DNA from: Lama glama
Taxonomy: Eukaryota
Assembly: GCA_028534125.1 (NCBI GenBank)
Contig: CM052816.1
Coordinates: 22,942,001 to 23,006,000, forward strand
Length of the DNA: 64,000 nt
Direction: 5' to 3'
In this document: piece after piece, positions 39,199-52,777 of the stretch
Layout of the letters: every line of letters begins with the position of its first letter
How positions within the stretch are numbered: position 1 is the stretch's first letter
Made by a program: the position numbers and the translations under genes
Notes under the pieces: generated by a model
Told to the model about the DNA's origin: nothing
Seen by the model: the letters and a program-made list of their open reading frames with translations, nothing else
The model's database searches: none

Positions 39199-42100
39199 TG
39201 GTACTCTAAGCCTAGTCGCTTTCTGAAAGAGCACACCTATTACATTTAATTCACTTCAAGGGTGCCAGGGGAGGTCCGACCCTTTAGCACTGTTTGATAA
39301 GTAACATCATTGCTCCTTTATCAGTTTACCCATTCTATTTCTAAGGAAATGATGAGTAGCTATAAACAGATTTAAGAAGCACTTTGTATTTACAAACTTA
39401 GGCTACCACCTGTTATGCTAGAAGTACGAAAACTCTAACAAAGTTTTTGTTTCATTGTGTTTTGCTTTGACTTCCTACTGACCCTGGTGTAAAAAACTAG
39501 GACAATGTATTTGTTATTATCATCATCATAATTATTCCCCTTCATGTTTAACTTCTTATCGTGGACATAAGTCCAGAAGGTCTTCCTATTTTGATTTATC
39601 TAACATTCATTTAGTTCTCAGATTATGAAAGTAATATACACACCTTGTATATGAGTAAAGTAAACATCTGAAAGGAAATATACCCCCATTTTAACAGAGG
39701 TTATTTTGGAAGGTGGAGTACCTAGGATTTTGCTTTCTGTTTTTTATGATTTTATATTGCTGTCTTTTAAAAAATATGTGTATATATGTATAACTTTTGC
39801 AATAGGAATACTGATTTGTATAATAATAATAATAAGAAATACAAAGTCAGGAAAATGGAAAAAATCTTACCTACTGTGTTGGTTACTTCAATATTTTCAT
39901 AGGGAGATGCACTTGTGATTTACGTACCTCTACGCACACGTGCACGCACCATGTGGAAGCACGTGATGCAGAGGGGAGGCAGGCAGGATGTGCCGTTAAT
40001 TCTTGAGAAAGAACCTTATATGACTGATATCGGCAGTGATCCCTCAAGAGAGATTTAGTGCTCAGTTTTTAAGACAGATTATTTGAAGAATTCAACAAAA
40101 GAGGGTAAAGAGAAGAAAAATTAATTATTAGAGGGAGTATGAGATTCTACAGAGGGTAGAACTGGACTTTTGCAGATCTAGGGACCAACAGTGTGTGAAC
40201 AAAATACAATTAGATACAGAGTTACAAGAAAGTGTGGAGAACAAGAAACAAGGCTGGTGAACAGAGGAAACGGGAAAAAGTATGCCTTCTGGAAAGTTCA
40301 GGTTGAGGTCACTTTTGCTGAGGCAGAGGCTGGCAATCGAGAAAAATCTCACAACAGCAAGAATCACTATGCAATACTATGAGCAAAGCAAGTTGCTACC
40401 TGTCCTGTGAGGAAGGTCCAAATCAAACCAAAGGGCAGCTTCCTGTTGAAAGATTTAGGGGAAGCTGTGGATTGGCCCCAACAAAGTCAGTTAACAGGAC
40501 TCCTGCCTTTTGGAAGTATATTTATACACAGCCCAATGGAAAATAAAAGGTCAAGCTACCTATGTCCACTTGGATTTTGGCACTGTGGCTTAAATCCTAA
40601 GAGCCATGGGTTATTATATAATAATATCATATCAAACGACATTTTAATCATGTATTGTTGTTATGCAAGTTAAACATGGTCCTGAACTTCGGAGAGCTCA
40701 TAGTCTAGAACAAGAAGAAATGTTCTTTGTGGCATCTCCAGTTCCTAGCAGAGAGCTAGCCTCATTTAATATCTACTGAACTGATGACTACACCAAGGAT
40801 AACTATGCTTGTTTGAGGTTGTCTCTTAAAGAACCTTAAAGTTGAAAATAGAAAGTTATTCATTCAACAAACATTTTTGGAATGCCTGCTATGGAGGACA
40901 CTGGGTTTACAGTAGTACAATGTCTGTGCCCTTGTGGATTTTATATTCTGGCAGGTAAGTCACAAGGGAAAAGAAGACATTCATTAACAACAAGTTCAAA
41001 CTGAGATAAATGGTATGAAGGAAATTAACTGAATGATGAGTTAAGAAGAGGCAGACAGGACTTGCTGTAGGGTGGCTAGGGAGGGCCCTTTTGGGGGGGT
41101 TGGGAGTAGGGATCACAGTTTAGCTAGGACTTTACAGGCAAGGAGGAAGTTTCCAGGGTAAAATTTAGAAGTGTGCTGAGGAAGAGGGGAGGGGATGGGG
41201 AGGGAAGGGGGAAGAGGAGGGGGAGGGGAGGGGAGGGGAGGGGAGCAGTGGAAGCAAGACAGAAAGAAAGAGAAAGAAAACTTGAGGGATATATATTGAA
41301 ATTTATACATACATTTCAATTTTAAATTTACAAAATAAATCACATAAGTGAAAATATATTAGACCATTTGTCTATAAACACACTCGTCCTAATAGAATAA
41401 ACATGTTATAAAAGTTGGATTATAATCAAATTCCTCTCCAGTTTCTCATAAAATTATCTTGGGGGAGAAATTTGTGAAATTCAGTTTTCATATCACTGTG
41501 ACAATACTTTTTTTCCATCAAAAGCTGGTTTGGTTTTAACGAAGTTTCAGAGGAAAAGTACGTTAAGTGAACTATTTTTAGTAATACCAATTTACACGTG
41601 TATAGCACTTTACGGTTGCAGAAGGACTACCACGTGTTTTCTTTCACTGGGTCCCCTTGGACACTGGGATGGGGCAATGTGGTATCACCTCTGCGTCCAG
41701 GAAATGAGGCTCAGTGCGTACAGCTTTCCCGCAGGCAGACGGCAACTAGTAAGCGGCAGTGACAGCTCCAGGGTTAGAACTTGTGACATACCATACATGT
41801 TCTTCCTGTTACACTGTGCTTTTATGACAACACTTAAAACTAATTATTTAAATACTCATTTTTCGAAACTTCTCTGTGTATTTACATCATCACATCCTTC
41901 AAGAACAAAGGTCTAACCTTTTTACTAGTGTGGTAAACAACACAAGCATAAACCACGTAAGGGAAGGTTCTCACTGTTTCGAGACTGAGAAAGATAAACA
42001 GGGTAATGGAATTCTTGTATGTTATAGATTAATTAGTGCCACGCAAAGAGGGAATATTTCTGGCAAAGCCAGCAATTCTGTTGCTCAGCTAAAAGCTCAG

Positions 42101-42608
42101 GATCCTTAACCCTGAGTAGAGAGCTGGGAAGCTCGTCTAAGCAACCAACCCTTGTGAGCGAACCCACGTTTCAGCTGGTCAAACACTGATCCAACCAACC
42201 TCACGTGGGCCCTTCAGTCAAGGAAGATCTGAGCTAAACTGATGAGATCTTGCATTAATGTTCTATTTCAGGCATTCATTAGTGACGAAGAACATGGCAA
42301 ACAGCTGTGCACTGTCCACATACTGGGCACTGGTCACCTTGAGGGAACGTGGCACAGGGGGCTTCCTGTGTCTGCCTCAGTTTAGACGTGCATCACTAGA
42401 GGTGAGCAGACACGTCTCTGCCTGTGCACAGTTCCCTAGGGCGCTGACCCACTAGGAAAGCCATAACTTTGCTTCAGCATTCTCTAGGCAGAGGTGTTGA
42501 AAAAGGGGGGGAAAAAACCCTCACAGTTTCGTCAGTGCATAGCGGCTTGTACCCTTCCTTTAATGAGAAATAAAGGTTGTTAGGAGAATATATTTTAATC
42601 TTGCTCAC

Positions 42609-42651
42609 CTCCGAGACCAGAATGTTTGAAAGAGACTTGTATTTTTCTTTC

Positions 42652-42682
<31 letters not shown>

Positions 42683-42900
42683 GCTATTTTCATTCCTCCG
42701 TTTGTGTTCATTGTTAGAACTGGAAACATTTTCTTGGAACAAGCTAAAAACATTATTTTTTGGATTAAATTCTCCATAAAGATGAAGTTGGGATAGACTT
42801 CTTTCAAACTTTGTGAATAATTTAAGTTTCAAATTGTCAGTATGGTGATAATAACTTAGGTACATACTTCCTTTCCTGGCTGATAAGGTGCTGAAATTGT
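42609..42900 (-). pseudogene. Pseudo-exon (5' boundary uncertain): ...MYLSYYHHTDNLKLKLFTKFERSLSQLHLYGEFNP...SLFQTFWSR
   Basis: Lies in ORF 42605..42907; donor GAG|gtgagc ends in phase 2, matching exon 38348-38497; contains an expanded A27 run. Confidence 0.5.
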
Positions 42901-45900
42901 ACCTCATTGTTATATTTCAAAGCACATATTTATAGAATTGAGAACACTAATAGTGTATAATCATAATAAAGCATCCTACACTCTGAAATAATCTTCTTTA
43001 GAATAGAACAGAACCTTATTAGTTCATCTTTATGGAGAAAAAGCACAAGAAACAGGTTAACCCTTAAGCAGCTGCTGCAATATTGACGACTTTAGCATCA
43101 GCAATTTCTCAATTGTTTACCTAAGTTTGAGTACTTACTAATTTCGTGACTGCCTAGTTTTCCTAATTTATGACTTAAAGTGGGTGTAAGTAACATGAAA
43201 ATAAAACAAAATACTTTTATTCAGAGATTTATGACACAGATGACTGCTATGAGGTAGTTACTAACAGCGAGATGTTATCATAGTCTAGAGAGTTGACGGT
43301 CATTATTAATTAAAGAGTCATCAGGGTTAGCAGAAAGAACATGAGTTTAGAGGCAGACAGACCTAGGATGCAACCTAGAATCAGTTTATTGATGAGGCAA
43401 ATTTCTTAATCGCTCTGCTCTTCTTTTTCTTCAGATTTCACAAGGGGATGTGACACGTAGCTTACAGGGCTATTTTGACGATTAGATAGAATCATGGCAC
43501 AGTGTCTGGCATAAAATAGGGGCTGACTTTGGAAATATGATTAGTGTCCTTAACCCCAGGGTGAGATTTAGAACAAGGCTAAGTCCATGAGAATTGACTC
43601 CAGAGAAAAATGTAGGATGAGTGACGGTGATTCCTGCTACACCATTCTCAACTGGCACAGCGTGGCGATAACATGCACTGGGGGAACAAAGCTGGATTCA
43701 GATTGGACTCCCTGATAGTGCCTGCATACATATCACAGGAAAACAGACATAACCGTTGCTGGGATTGCCAACATCTTTCTTGTCTCTTTGAGAAATGTTC
43801 CACTGGTGCAAAGCCAGGAAGCCTTAGCAAAGCCACACGGGCCAGAAGCGACAGAACCCTAGCAAGATCCTTTATTGCCTCTCTTGGAAGTCAGAGAGGG
43901 GTGGCTGGCAAGTGAAGTAAGAGCCTAAAGGAAAAAAGGCAATAATGGCAAGGTGACCCTACAGTTCCTGATGGTACTTCTCATTCCTAGATAATTATAA
44001 AACTGTCCCCTTTATTCTCAACATATCCCAGTTTGTATGATCTATCATAAGGTCATGCTACCATTAAATTATATGACAAAAAAGTCAAGACATGAAATGT
44101 GAATGATTTGACCATTTAATTCCCGGCTTACCAGGGCAAAAACATAAAATCATAAATTTGTTAAGATGAACATGCACACGTCAGTTTACAGACAGAGCAG
44201 AGTCTCTCTCTTTCTCCGGCTTCCCTGCCTCAATCCCATAACAAAATTACAAGCCATTCCTACCACTATGGGAAAAAAAAGAAAGAAAATGACAGATGGA
44301 CATAATTCTTACTAGGAAATTCTGCTTAATACCACAAGCGTAATTATGTCTTCACTGATTCAGAGTTGGTAGCTTAAAGACTATAAACACAAGCCCAATG
44401 TGTTACATAAGGATTTGGACGCAGAGCAGCAAATAACCTAACGCTACAGCCCAAGACTCAAATGTCTTTTGCTAAAGGTACATAATCAGCAATCATTGGT
44501 CTTTCTTCCTCTGGTAAGGTTAATGAGCCCAGCAGAGGACATGCAGCAGGAAATCAATACGCACATATGTATCAACTACCTGCGATGTGTTAGGGACTCT
44601 GTATTGATAAGGAAACTATTCGGTGGGCAGGCATGAAAGCAGTCCTCCAGCCACCTCAAAACGTGATCATTAACCAGAATAGCGTTTCTCAAAGAACAAT
44701 GAGAAAACAAGTATAGAAAAAGCTTTGGCAAAGTTAAATCCAAGATATGATCATAATAACCACCACGAAGTATATCAGAAATGTATGCAAGGGAGGCTCC
44801 TTGATGGCTGGGAGGTTATATGCTAAAATGCGGTAATTAATTGCGCCCGTCTTATCAGCTATGGAATGAGAGGGATGACTGTCCCAGGACCAGTTTCCAC
44901 AACCATAAGAGCTAGATTTACAAAATGTAAAATTCAGGCTTGCTACCCAAGGGAACCTCAGACAGCACCACCCTTACAGGAGCAGCTCTCTGGGATCACT
45001 TATCTCTTTCCCTTTTGGTTTTGTCACCATCGATTCATTAGATTCAAAGACAGACAAACCTGCTTCCAAGTGACCGTCACAGTCGTGTATGGCTTTGGCA
45101 TCACAATGCGGATCAAGAGGCAGATTCTGATCCCATGATTCTCTTCTTATATTAGGTATTTACTGGAGTTCCTCACTATCTCTACAAGAAAATTTTATTA
45201 TTTATAGCCTATCATTTCATTTCTAACCCTGGTTCTCCAGGGGTGAAGTAAAAAAGAAGAAAAGTGCAGCATGACTGGTAACTAATCCATTTATTTTTTA
45301 ACAAGCCGTTTCTCTGCTAGAATTTTTACTGATATTGAGAGAAAAATGTGAGAGGTGACTTAACAATAAGGAGAGAGAAATCACACTTAGAGCCAAATTT
45401 AAAGAGCTGCACTTTTGAGGAGTAAAAGTTCAACATGCATGTTTTTGATATTCTTACTGAATTAGTTTTCTAGCTAATTGAAGCGCTGACAAATTTGCAA
45501 GACACAAACACTTGTGCTTCCCCTGTTACAGACATGATTATAAGGATTACTACTGTTTGTTTGTTCTTAGTAGGGTGTTCCCAGGAAGACGACTCAGGGG
45601 CAAAGAATAAGGAAGAAAGACAGGAGATGTAAATTGAACTGTGCAGGCTGAAGTTGGCTTAGAGAAGCTATTTTGAGACACTGTCTTGCCACCAAGGCGC
45701 ACATTCTGTTGACATCACTTATAAGCCTTCAGCAGCAAATTTGGCCTTCTGTTTTGCTATGTGATTTTACTGAATCTTATATTGTTTAATTCATTCTATG
45801 CTTCTCTTCCATTGCCCTTAGAACTGTTTATCTTTTTATATTAATTTTGTCATCACAGTGTTACAAACTATTTTTGGGTACTGATTGTGTCTGTGTATGA

Positions 45901-47479
45901 GTTTGTGTGTGTGAATATGTCTGTTTTAGTACTGTAGAACTTGATAGAAAGAGAGTGGTACCTAATGTGCTCTAACAGATTTATTTGAAAGAAAAAATCA
46001 TATTCATTAGACTGAAAATGATGAATTCAAAACCTACTCTTTTCCTGAAACAGTCTCCCTATTTGGGGCTCAAAAGAAATATTTTAAAATTACTGTAATT
46101 TCAGTTTTAACACAGTGGCAACTCTATAAAATTCATCTTTTATTTTTATAAATATCTGATGGGAATATTTTTAGTTAAAGGTGCTCTTTGCTACTGAGAT
46201 TTTAATCTTTTTTTTCTCCTCCATGTTATAGGGGTTGGGGGGGGTCACACCTACCAATTCCAGAAAAAGTCAGCAGGATGTATCCAGAATATTTATGTGT
46301 TCTAAGAACATGAAATCTAAAGGTAGGACGGCAACAAATAGCACAGAAATATTGCCATGTGGCCAGTCAATATCACCTTTCTTGACCATCAAAGTGAGAG
46401 CAAACAGACCCCAGAAATGCACTCCCTACGTGGGTGATTTGCTCACGTTCTGTACAGCTTCTAATACATGTTGGTAAGAAAGAACATTTACAAACGACAT
46501 GAAAGGAAAGCACATTATTTAATAAACCTACATCTGGCTGGCAATAATCTCTTTTTCTTTGACTGCTAAATACGAGGTAGACTGAAGTACTTATGGGTTT
46601 CCCTGAGAACACAGTCTTCAGTATTGGAAGCAGCAGAAGTAGCACCTATGCTGGCAGCACCTCCCCTTGCCAGCGAGCGCCTCCCCCTGCCAGCGAGCAC
46701 TGGTCGCTGTGCATCCAAGACTGTGCAGATGTCTGAGCGCCGCCCTGTGAAACTGACACAGACACTGTCAAGACAATGTCAGAAAGCTGAGCGCTGCGTG
46801 TGTGCTCCTTGCCACTGTCTGTTAGGGAACAAAAATGTGCCCTACACATACACCACTTCTTCAGTTTTCCCTTTTCAGAAAGGCTTCGAGAAAAAGCCCA
46901 AGTGTGGCATGACATTCATCACTCACAAGTAAAGAACCGCACAGAGCAACCGTTCTGCTTGAATTAGACCAATCTTTCATTCTGCACTAATCTTATCTTA
47001 AAATCTGAAAAAAGATCTGGTTCAACTTCAGGAAAAAATACGGTCTATTAATTAGAGAGAGAGGGGGAAACAACAAAAATAGCAACAAATTGAAGAGTGC
47101 CTAAATCTGGTGTTATCACAGACTGACTGAACACAGGAACATGTGTATGGGTGTACATACTCATTCATCCATTCATGTATTCACGCGCATTTGGGCAAGT
47201 CACATGTGCTACTGACCTTACGACTAGAAAAGGAGCTTGCGGTCACCTAATTTGACACAATCATACCATCTCGGGGAGAGGGCCTTAACACAGAGCAAGC
47301 ACGCAATAATTACATGCTGCCTCCATGGACTGCAGCGAAGGGTATGGAGGCCCAGAGAGACTGCTCCAGGCTCACTCAGCCACGAAGCGACAGGGCCCGT
47401 CTCTTGCTTTCAGCCCATTGCCAGCTCCATCACGGAAGCCCAGCCTCATCCCTTTTAGCAACCACTCTTTCTCCAGTTC

Positions 47480-47699
47480 TACAACGTGACAGGTGATTTG
47501 GAGATGTACACTGTCCAACAAAACAAACTGTGTTTCCCTTATTGCTCGTCCTTCACCACTGACAAAATATGTACTTATTTTTGTAGAGGAAAACACATAA
47601 ACATTGGATTGAATGGTTTCCAGTCTGTTTATCAAGATTACTGCCCCAAATTCCTCAAAAGTCACACAAATGTCATGGCACAGGAATATTTCACAGCAG
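47480..47699 (-). pseudogene. Pseudo-exon (phase-2 start, 3' end uncertain): CCEIFLCHDICVTFEEFGAVILINRLETIQSNVYVF...
   Basis: Lies in ORF 47372..47710; acceptor gttaaacag; phase matches the 63696 donor; the IF..D..TF.E...SN..F pattern is shared with exon 30645-30792. Confidence 0.5.
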
Positions 47700-48779
47700 C
47701 TGTTTAACATGGGGTATACCCCCTGTATCTACCCTACCTCGTTGGCCAAGCTTTGTGATTAGGGCTACAGGGGAGACGAGAGAAAATGCAGAGAACCCCT
47801 CTGATGCATGTGTCATCTGGCCTTAAATTGTGAAAAATGTTTACCTAAGGAAAAGAAATTCACAACTCTCCTCTATCATTTTACCTTTACTTGGCATCTT
47901 TTCTCTAAATGCACCAGAAAAATGGATCTTTAGGCCTCTAGTCTGTGTGAACTACGGCTTAAGCCCTCCATCACTCCTCTTTCCTTCCATTTACCCGTCT
48001 AGTCACCGATTATCTGTAGAGCCCCTACTGTGCGCTGTGAACACTAGATCTTAGGACCTTGCCTTTCAAAGTGTGTATGAGTGGCATTGGTACCCAGAAC
48101 CACTGAATCAGGATCTGCATTTTAACAGGACACCAGGTGACTCATCTTCGCATTAAAGCTGGGGAAGCACCATGAAGACACAGTCCAGGCTCTTGAGATT
48201 TACTAAGTCTGTGGGAGGAAGCAGCTGGGCCACGGCCAGCCCAAAGAGCAGGGCTGGGCACCTGCTACAGGGGCTGATCCCTAGGAGCACGAAGCCCTGC
48301 AGGCACATGACTTGGCAAGTAGAGGAGTTTTTGCGCAAATTAGAAAGAGGAGCCTCTTCTTCCAGGCAGTCTCGTCCACGTGCAGGGATGCAGGGCTCCA
48401 GAAAGCCGCGTGCAGGCCCGGTTCAAGCGACTGGGTGACACGCACAACCAGCAGTGTGGAGCAGTGTGTCCCCGAGGCAGTCATATTTCTCTTTCTTCCT
48501 CCTGCCCTCTCTTCTCTCTCTTTCTCTCTCTCTGTCTCGCTCTCTTTCTCTCTTTCAAGAGATTTCCCTCCCCCACCTCCAAGAAATAGATTGTATATTA
48601 TTCTGGGAAGAAGGAACCTCATCTAGAGACAGCAGAGAACCGGGCAGGGACTGCCCAAGCTGTGCTATGATCAGGTCTGTTTGTCAGGAAGATGACCCTG
48701 GTAGCAATGGAAGAAGGAGGGAACAGAGCAGAGATGTTTAAGAGAAGCCCCTCGAAGTATCGAGGCAAGAGGTAATGAG

Positions 48780-49410
48780 GCCCCGGGGGAGACGAAGGTC
48801 ACCCAGGAGCGCGGCTGGGAGACTCTCTGTGTGTTTATAAACGGGCGGGTGGGGTGGGAAGGGTCAGAGCGGAGGTCTGTCCTTCAGGAAATCACAGGGG
48901 TGATGGGTCAAGAATACAAGCCAAGCACTTCCCCCAGCGGGGAGAGCCCTTTCTGCTGGGGGTGTCAGGTCGACTGCGTCACCAGAAGCCTGGAATAAAG
49001 ACCGAAATGTAGGGGCCAGGGCTGCTCCGGGTGGGAGAGGATGTGCGCGGCGCTGAGCGAGCTCCTCTCTGAGGTCGGAGGCCCTTCAAAGGCGGCCCGC
49101 ACCCTCAACGCCCACGCGACGGATCGGCAGCACACAGCAATAGCCAGAGCTCCGGCTTCTTCAAGCGTTCAAACCCCTTCCTCTTGCCATCACGGCCACA
49201 AAACGGCGTGTTTGTGTGAATAACCCGGGACTGCTGACCCGCACGGAGGGAAGACAGCAACGGCTCCGGAGTCGGACGGCTCCGAGCTGCGTCCTGGGGC
49301 CCCTTCGGAAGCGCGATCGCGGGCAGACCGCGCACCCTCTCCGAACCTGCTTTCCCACCTGCACACTGGGACGCTCGGATGCGCTTGTCTAGGGGCCAGA
49401 GAGAGGGTGG
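48780..49410. promoter_or_regulatory. Small CpG island / GC-rich segment (candidate promoter or enhancer)
   Basis: Dense CpGs in an otherwise CpG-depleted AT-rich window; GC-box GGGCGG at about 48843. Confidence 0.6.
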
Positions 49411-52400
49411 CCATGCTTCCTGGTGTTCCCAGGATGGTTTTTTTTTTAACACCTGTTGCTTCTGAATAACTATTAACAACGTCCCCTTTCATTCTAAGAT
49501 GTGTCCAGTTTTAAAGAAAATTATATGCTCTCCTAGTCATAAGGGTATCAAACGAAAAGACGTTTGGGAAGCCAGCACTGGGCTTCGAGTTGTCACTCCC
49601 TTTCCTCCTACCTGTGCGTGAAAGAAGGGAGATGGGCAGACTCTTCGGGACTGCAGCCTCACCCAGTGACACACACGCAATGCAAAACCGGCACTCCTAC
49701 ACTATGGACATTTAACTGAAGAATCATTTTGGCAAAGTGCTTTATCCAGGATAATCTAGGGAATAAAATTTCACTTCCATTAAAGGAAAAGGCTCAATTC
49801 TTCATTTTAAGTTTATGTGAGGAGAAAGGAAATTGATGGTAATTTGCAAAAATACTGCTGAAAAGCATCATATTCTGCAGCATGTGCTCTCATGCTCCCA
49901 TTTACCCTCTCCATGTACAGAGAAAGAACCAAAAGTCAATGTGAGTCACTATTATTAATTTATGTTGTAATCCTACGTGTGCTATCAATTGACTACTTAG
50001 AATAATCTGATTTATTGATGAAACGTGGGAAAATTCTGATTGTTTTAATAAGTCTATTTGCATTTAAAACACTATGAATGCTCTAATTTTAAAATGTTGA
50101 AAACAAAGCTAGAATTAGTTATTAATGCCGAGAGTTTCATGGAAATGTAGTAGTGTTACTCTGAACACTAAGAAAAATGATCTGGAAACATCAGTATTCA
50201 ACAGATGTATGGGCCACTTGATACTAGATGAGTTGTTTATTCCTGACTCTGTCACTCTCTAGCTATGAGATCTCAAGGGGACTTCTTTGGGCTTCATTTT
50301 AACTGGCTATAAACTCAGTAGTTCAGAAGTCTCTGTTCCCAACATTCCTGCCATCACCAAAGCTCCCTGCTGGCACAGTTCCTTAGCGTAGACATCACTA
50401 ACATATGACACATCTTCCAGGCTCCTCTGCATCTGGGAGGCACACGGACACCATCACTCTTCCACTCCCACCAAATTCCATGTGCTCCCCGAGCCGGATG
50501 CCCATCCTGGCGTCTCTTTGCTTCCTTATCACATCACTGTGGTGGGTTTCTGCATTCTCCTTGACATGCTCCTGCCCAGATCCACTTGAGTGACAAGAGG
50601 GTGCTATAGGGCAGGGACACACTAAAGGATGCTCTCCATTTCCATCTCGACCCTCTTCTCTGTCCTCCAACAGATAGCCCATCTCTCCACATCAAACTGT
50701 CTACATAAACTGCAAAAATGTAACACTTGTCAGTCAACACTTCTGTCTTTACTGCAATAAATTCTTTAGCCAAACGATTTAAGCTAAAGCTGAAGGGTGA
50801 TTTCCATGGGGCAAGTTAGTCAAGTCCCTAATTATACTGTTGACTGAGCTTTCAGGGGAACTAATTCTGAGTAAGCTTGGCTTGAAGAGACACAGAAGAT
50901 CATCTTACCTTTACTTGCTGGTGCTGCTTTCAGGCTGACATTCCTACAAACAGCACACAGATGAGCTCTGTGTGATCTTAGGCAATCCATACAGGTAGCA
51001 AACGCTCCATTTCGGGAAGAGTGATGGACTAATGAAATCGGGAACAATCACTGCACTTGGTACCAGCCAGCTGCCCACAGAGGTGGAATAATTCATCACA
51101 GCCAATTATAGCGACCATTACATCAGGAATAAAGAAAGGCATGTGCCAGTTAAGCTTCTAGCCTAGTCTGCTAAAATAACAGGATTAATACTGCCCATGA
51201 ATCTTTCTACTCTTTGACTCATATGAACCCTTCTTCAGTCCCTGTTCTTCAGGAACAAACAAGCCACAAGAATTAAATATTGGATATAAAAAGTGACAAA
51301 CTTATTTCAAGAAAACATTTTAAAAGCATGGTGCTTACTCTGATTTAGAAGACAGTATTTATAGCCTGAGTGTATCAGAGAATGAACATTACAATTACCG
51401 TTCTCTCTTTGTCACATTTTGTGAACTGTTCTGAGATAATTAGTACGATTGCTTAAGGCTGTGGGAGTATAACCCTCCTTTTTTTTTTTTTAAACTGCTG
51501 GAAATGTTGTTGTTGCTATTTGGGTCAAATATCTTAAAACTTCTCAGAAAGATTTTTCAAAAATAGTTCCGGGAAGCAAATGAAGGAATAGCCCTGGAGA
51601 TTCTCAAGAAGGAAGGGACATCAAGGCACTCAGGCTGGGTCACTGTGAGATAATGTCCCCACTGAGGATTAAGTCCCCTAGATGAGGAATGAGAGCCTCT
51701 TGTGCGATCAGGGAGGGGAGACACTGGCAAGAGGAAGAGAGGAATCTTTGAGACATTCTAAGAGGAGGGTGACCTGGGGCTTGGACAGAGACCCCACAGA
51801 TGGTGGGCCATTCTGGGCCTCCCTAGGATGCAAGTCTTTAATAAGAATCCAGGCTGCTGTCATTCCAAACAGCAGTTCTGCCTTGAGTATCATCATAACA
51901 TCGTGGAACCCGAGGGAGCTCGGGTCAACTGTTACTTAGGACTAAGGACTGCATATTCTTTGTTCTTGGTAGTTGGAAATTCACTAATATACCTGGGCGC
52001 AGACAAGAAGTCGGCAAAACCCATGCTATAATCACCCACGGGAGAAATTGATAATTGGGTTCTAAACTGATAAAGTGTTGACACTGATCCAAAAAAGATC
52101 AGGACAGAAGATCTTGTGCAAGTGAAAGATACTAGAGGAACACAAAGAATGGTTGAATCACTAGTTTACAAAATATGGGGGAACAAGGACAGAAAGGTGT
52201 CAAATTCCGGCTCGGACAGAAGGATCAGAGCTTTCAGCTGCAAGGAGCATCATCAGTAGGAAGGGATTTGGTGTTCTAAGCTCTGGGAACCTGGAGATAC
52301 AAAACATAAGCAAAAATCTTAGAGTATATGAATGTGGAGAAACACTTTATGGAAATGGAGAAAATGTGAAATTCATGCATTACTTTGGAGTGACTTTTTC

Positions 52401-52716
52401 AGATCTAATATTGCAATTTAGAAATAGAAGCACGTTACCATCAAAATATTAAACGTGGTTATTTGTTCACAAAATGATTCTGTTCTCTGTACTTATCGAA
52501 GTAAAGACATGGAAGGAAAAAAAAAAAACCCTAAAACTTTACTTTTTTTTTGAAGGTGAGGTGCAAGATGAGATTTGAAAAAAATCCTCTTTGTGGTCAG
52601 TCACATTATGATCTTTCAATCTCACTGCAGAAGGTTTGTAAAAAGTTGAGAAAAGAAACAAAATGACCTAAAATCCAATAAACCCTTGATTAATGTTGGC
52701 TTTATTTTTTCTGCAT

Positions 52717-52720
<4 letters not shown>

Positions 52721-52775
<55 letters not shown>
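52721..52775 (+). repeat. (AC)n microsatellite
   Basis: Uninterrupted AC run of about 27 units. Confidence 0.95.

Positions 52776-52777
<2 letters not shown>

Noticed and set aside
48153..49492. Cluster of overlapping ORFs near the CpG island
   Set aside because: Expected from stop-codon scarcity in GC-rich DNA; overlaps (CT)n and MIR/L2-derived sequence.
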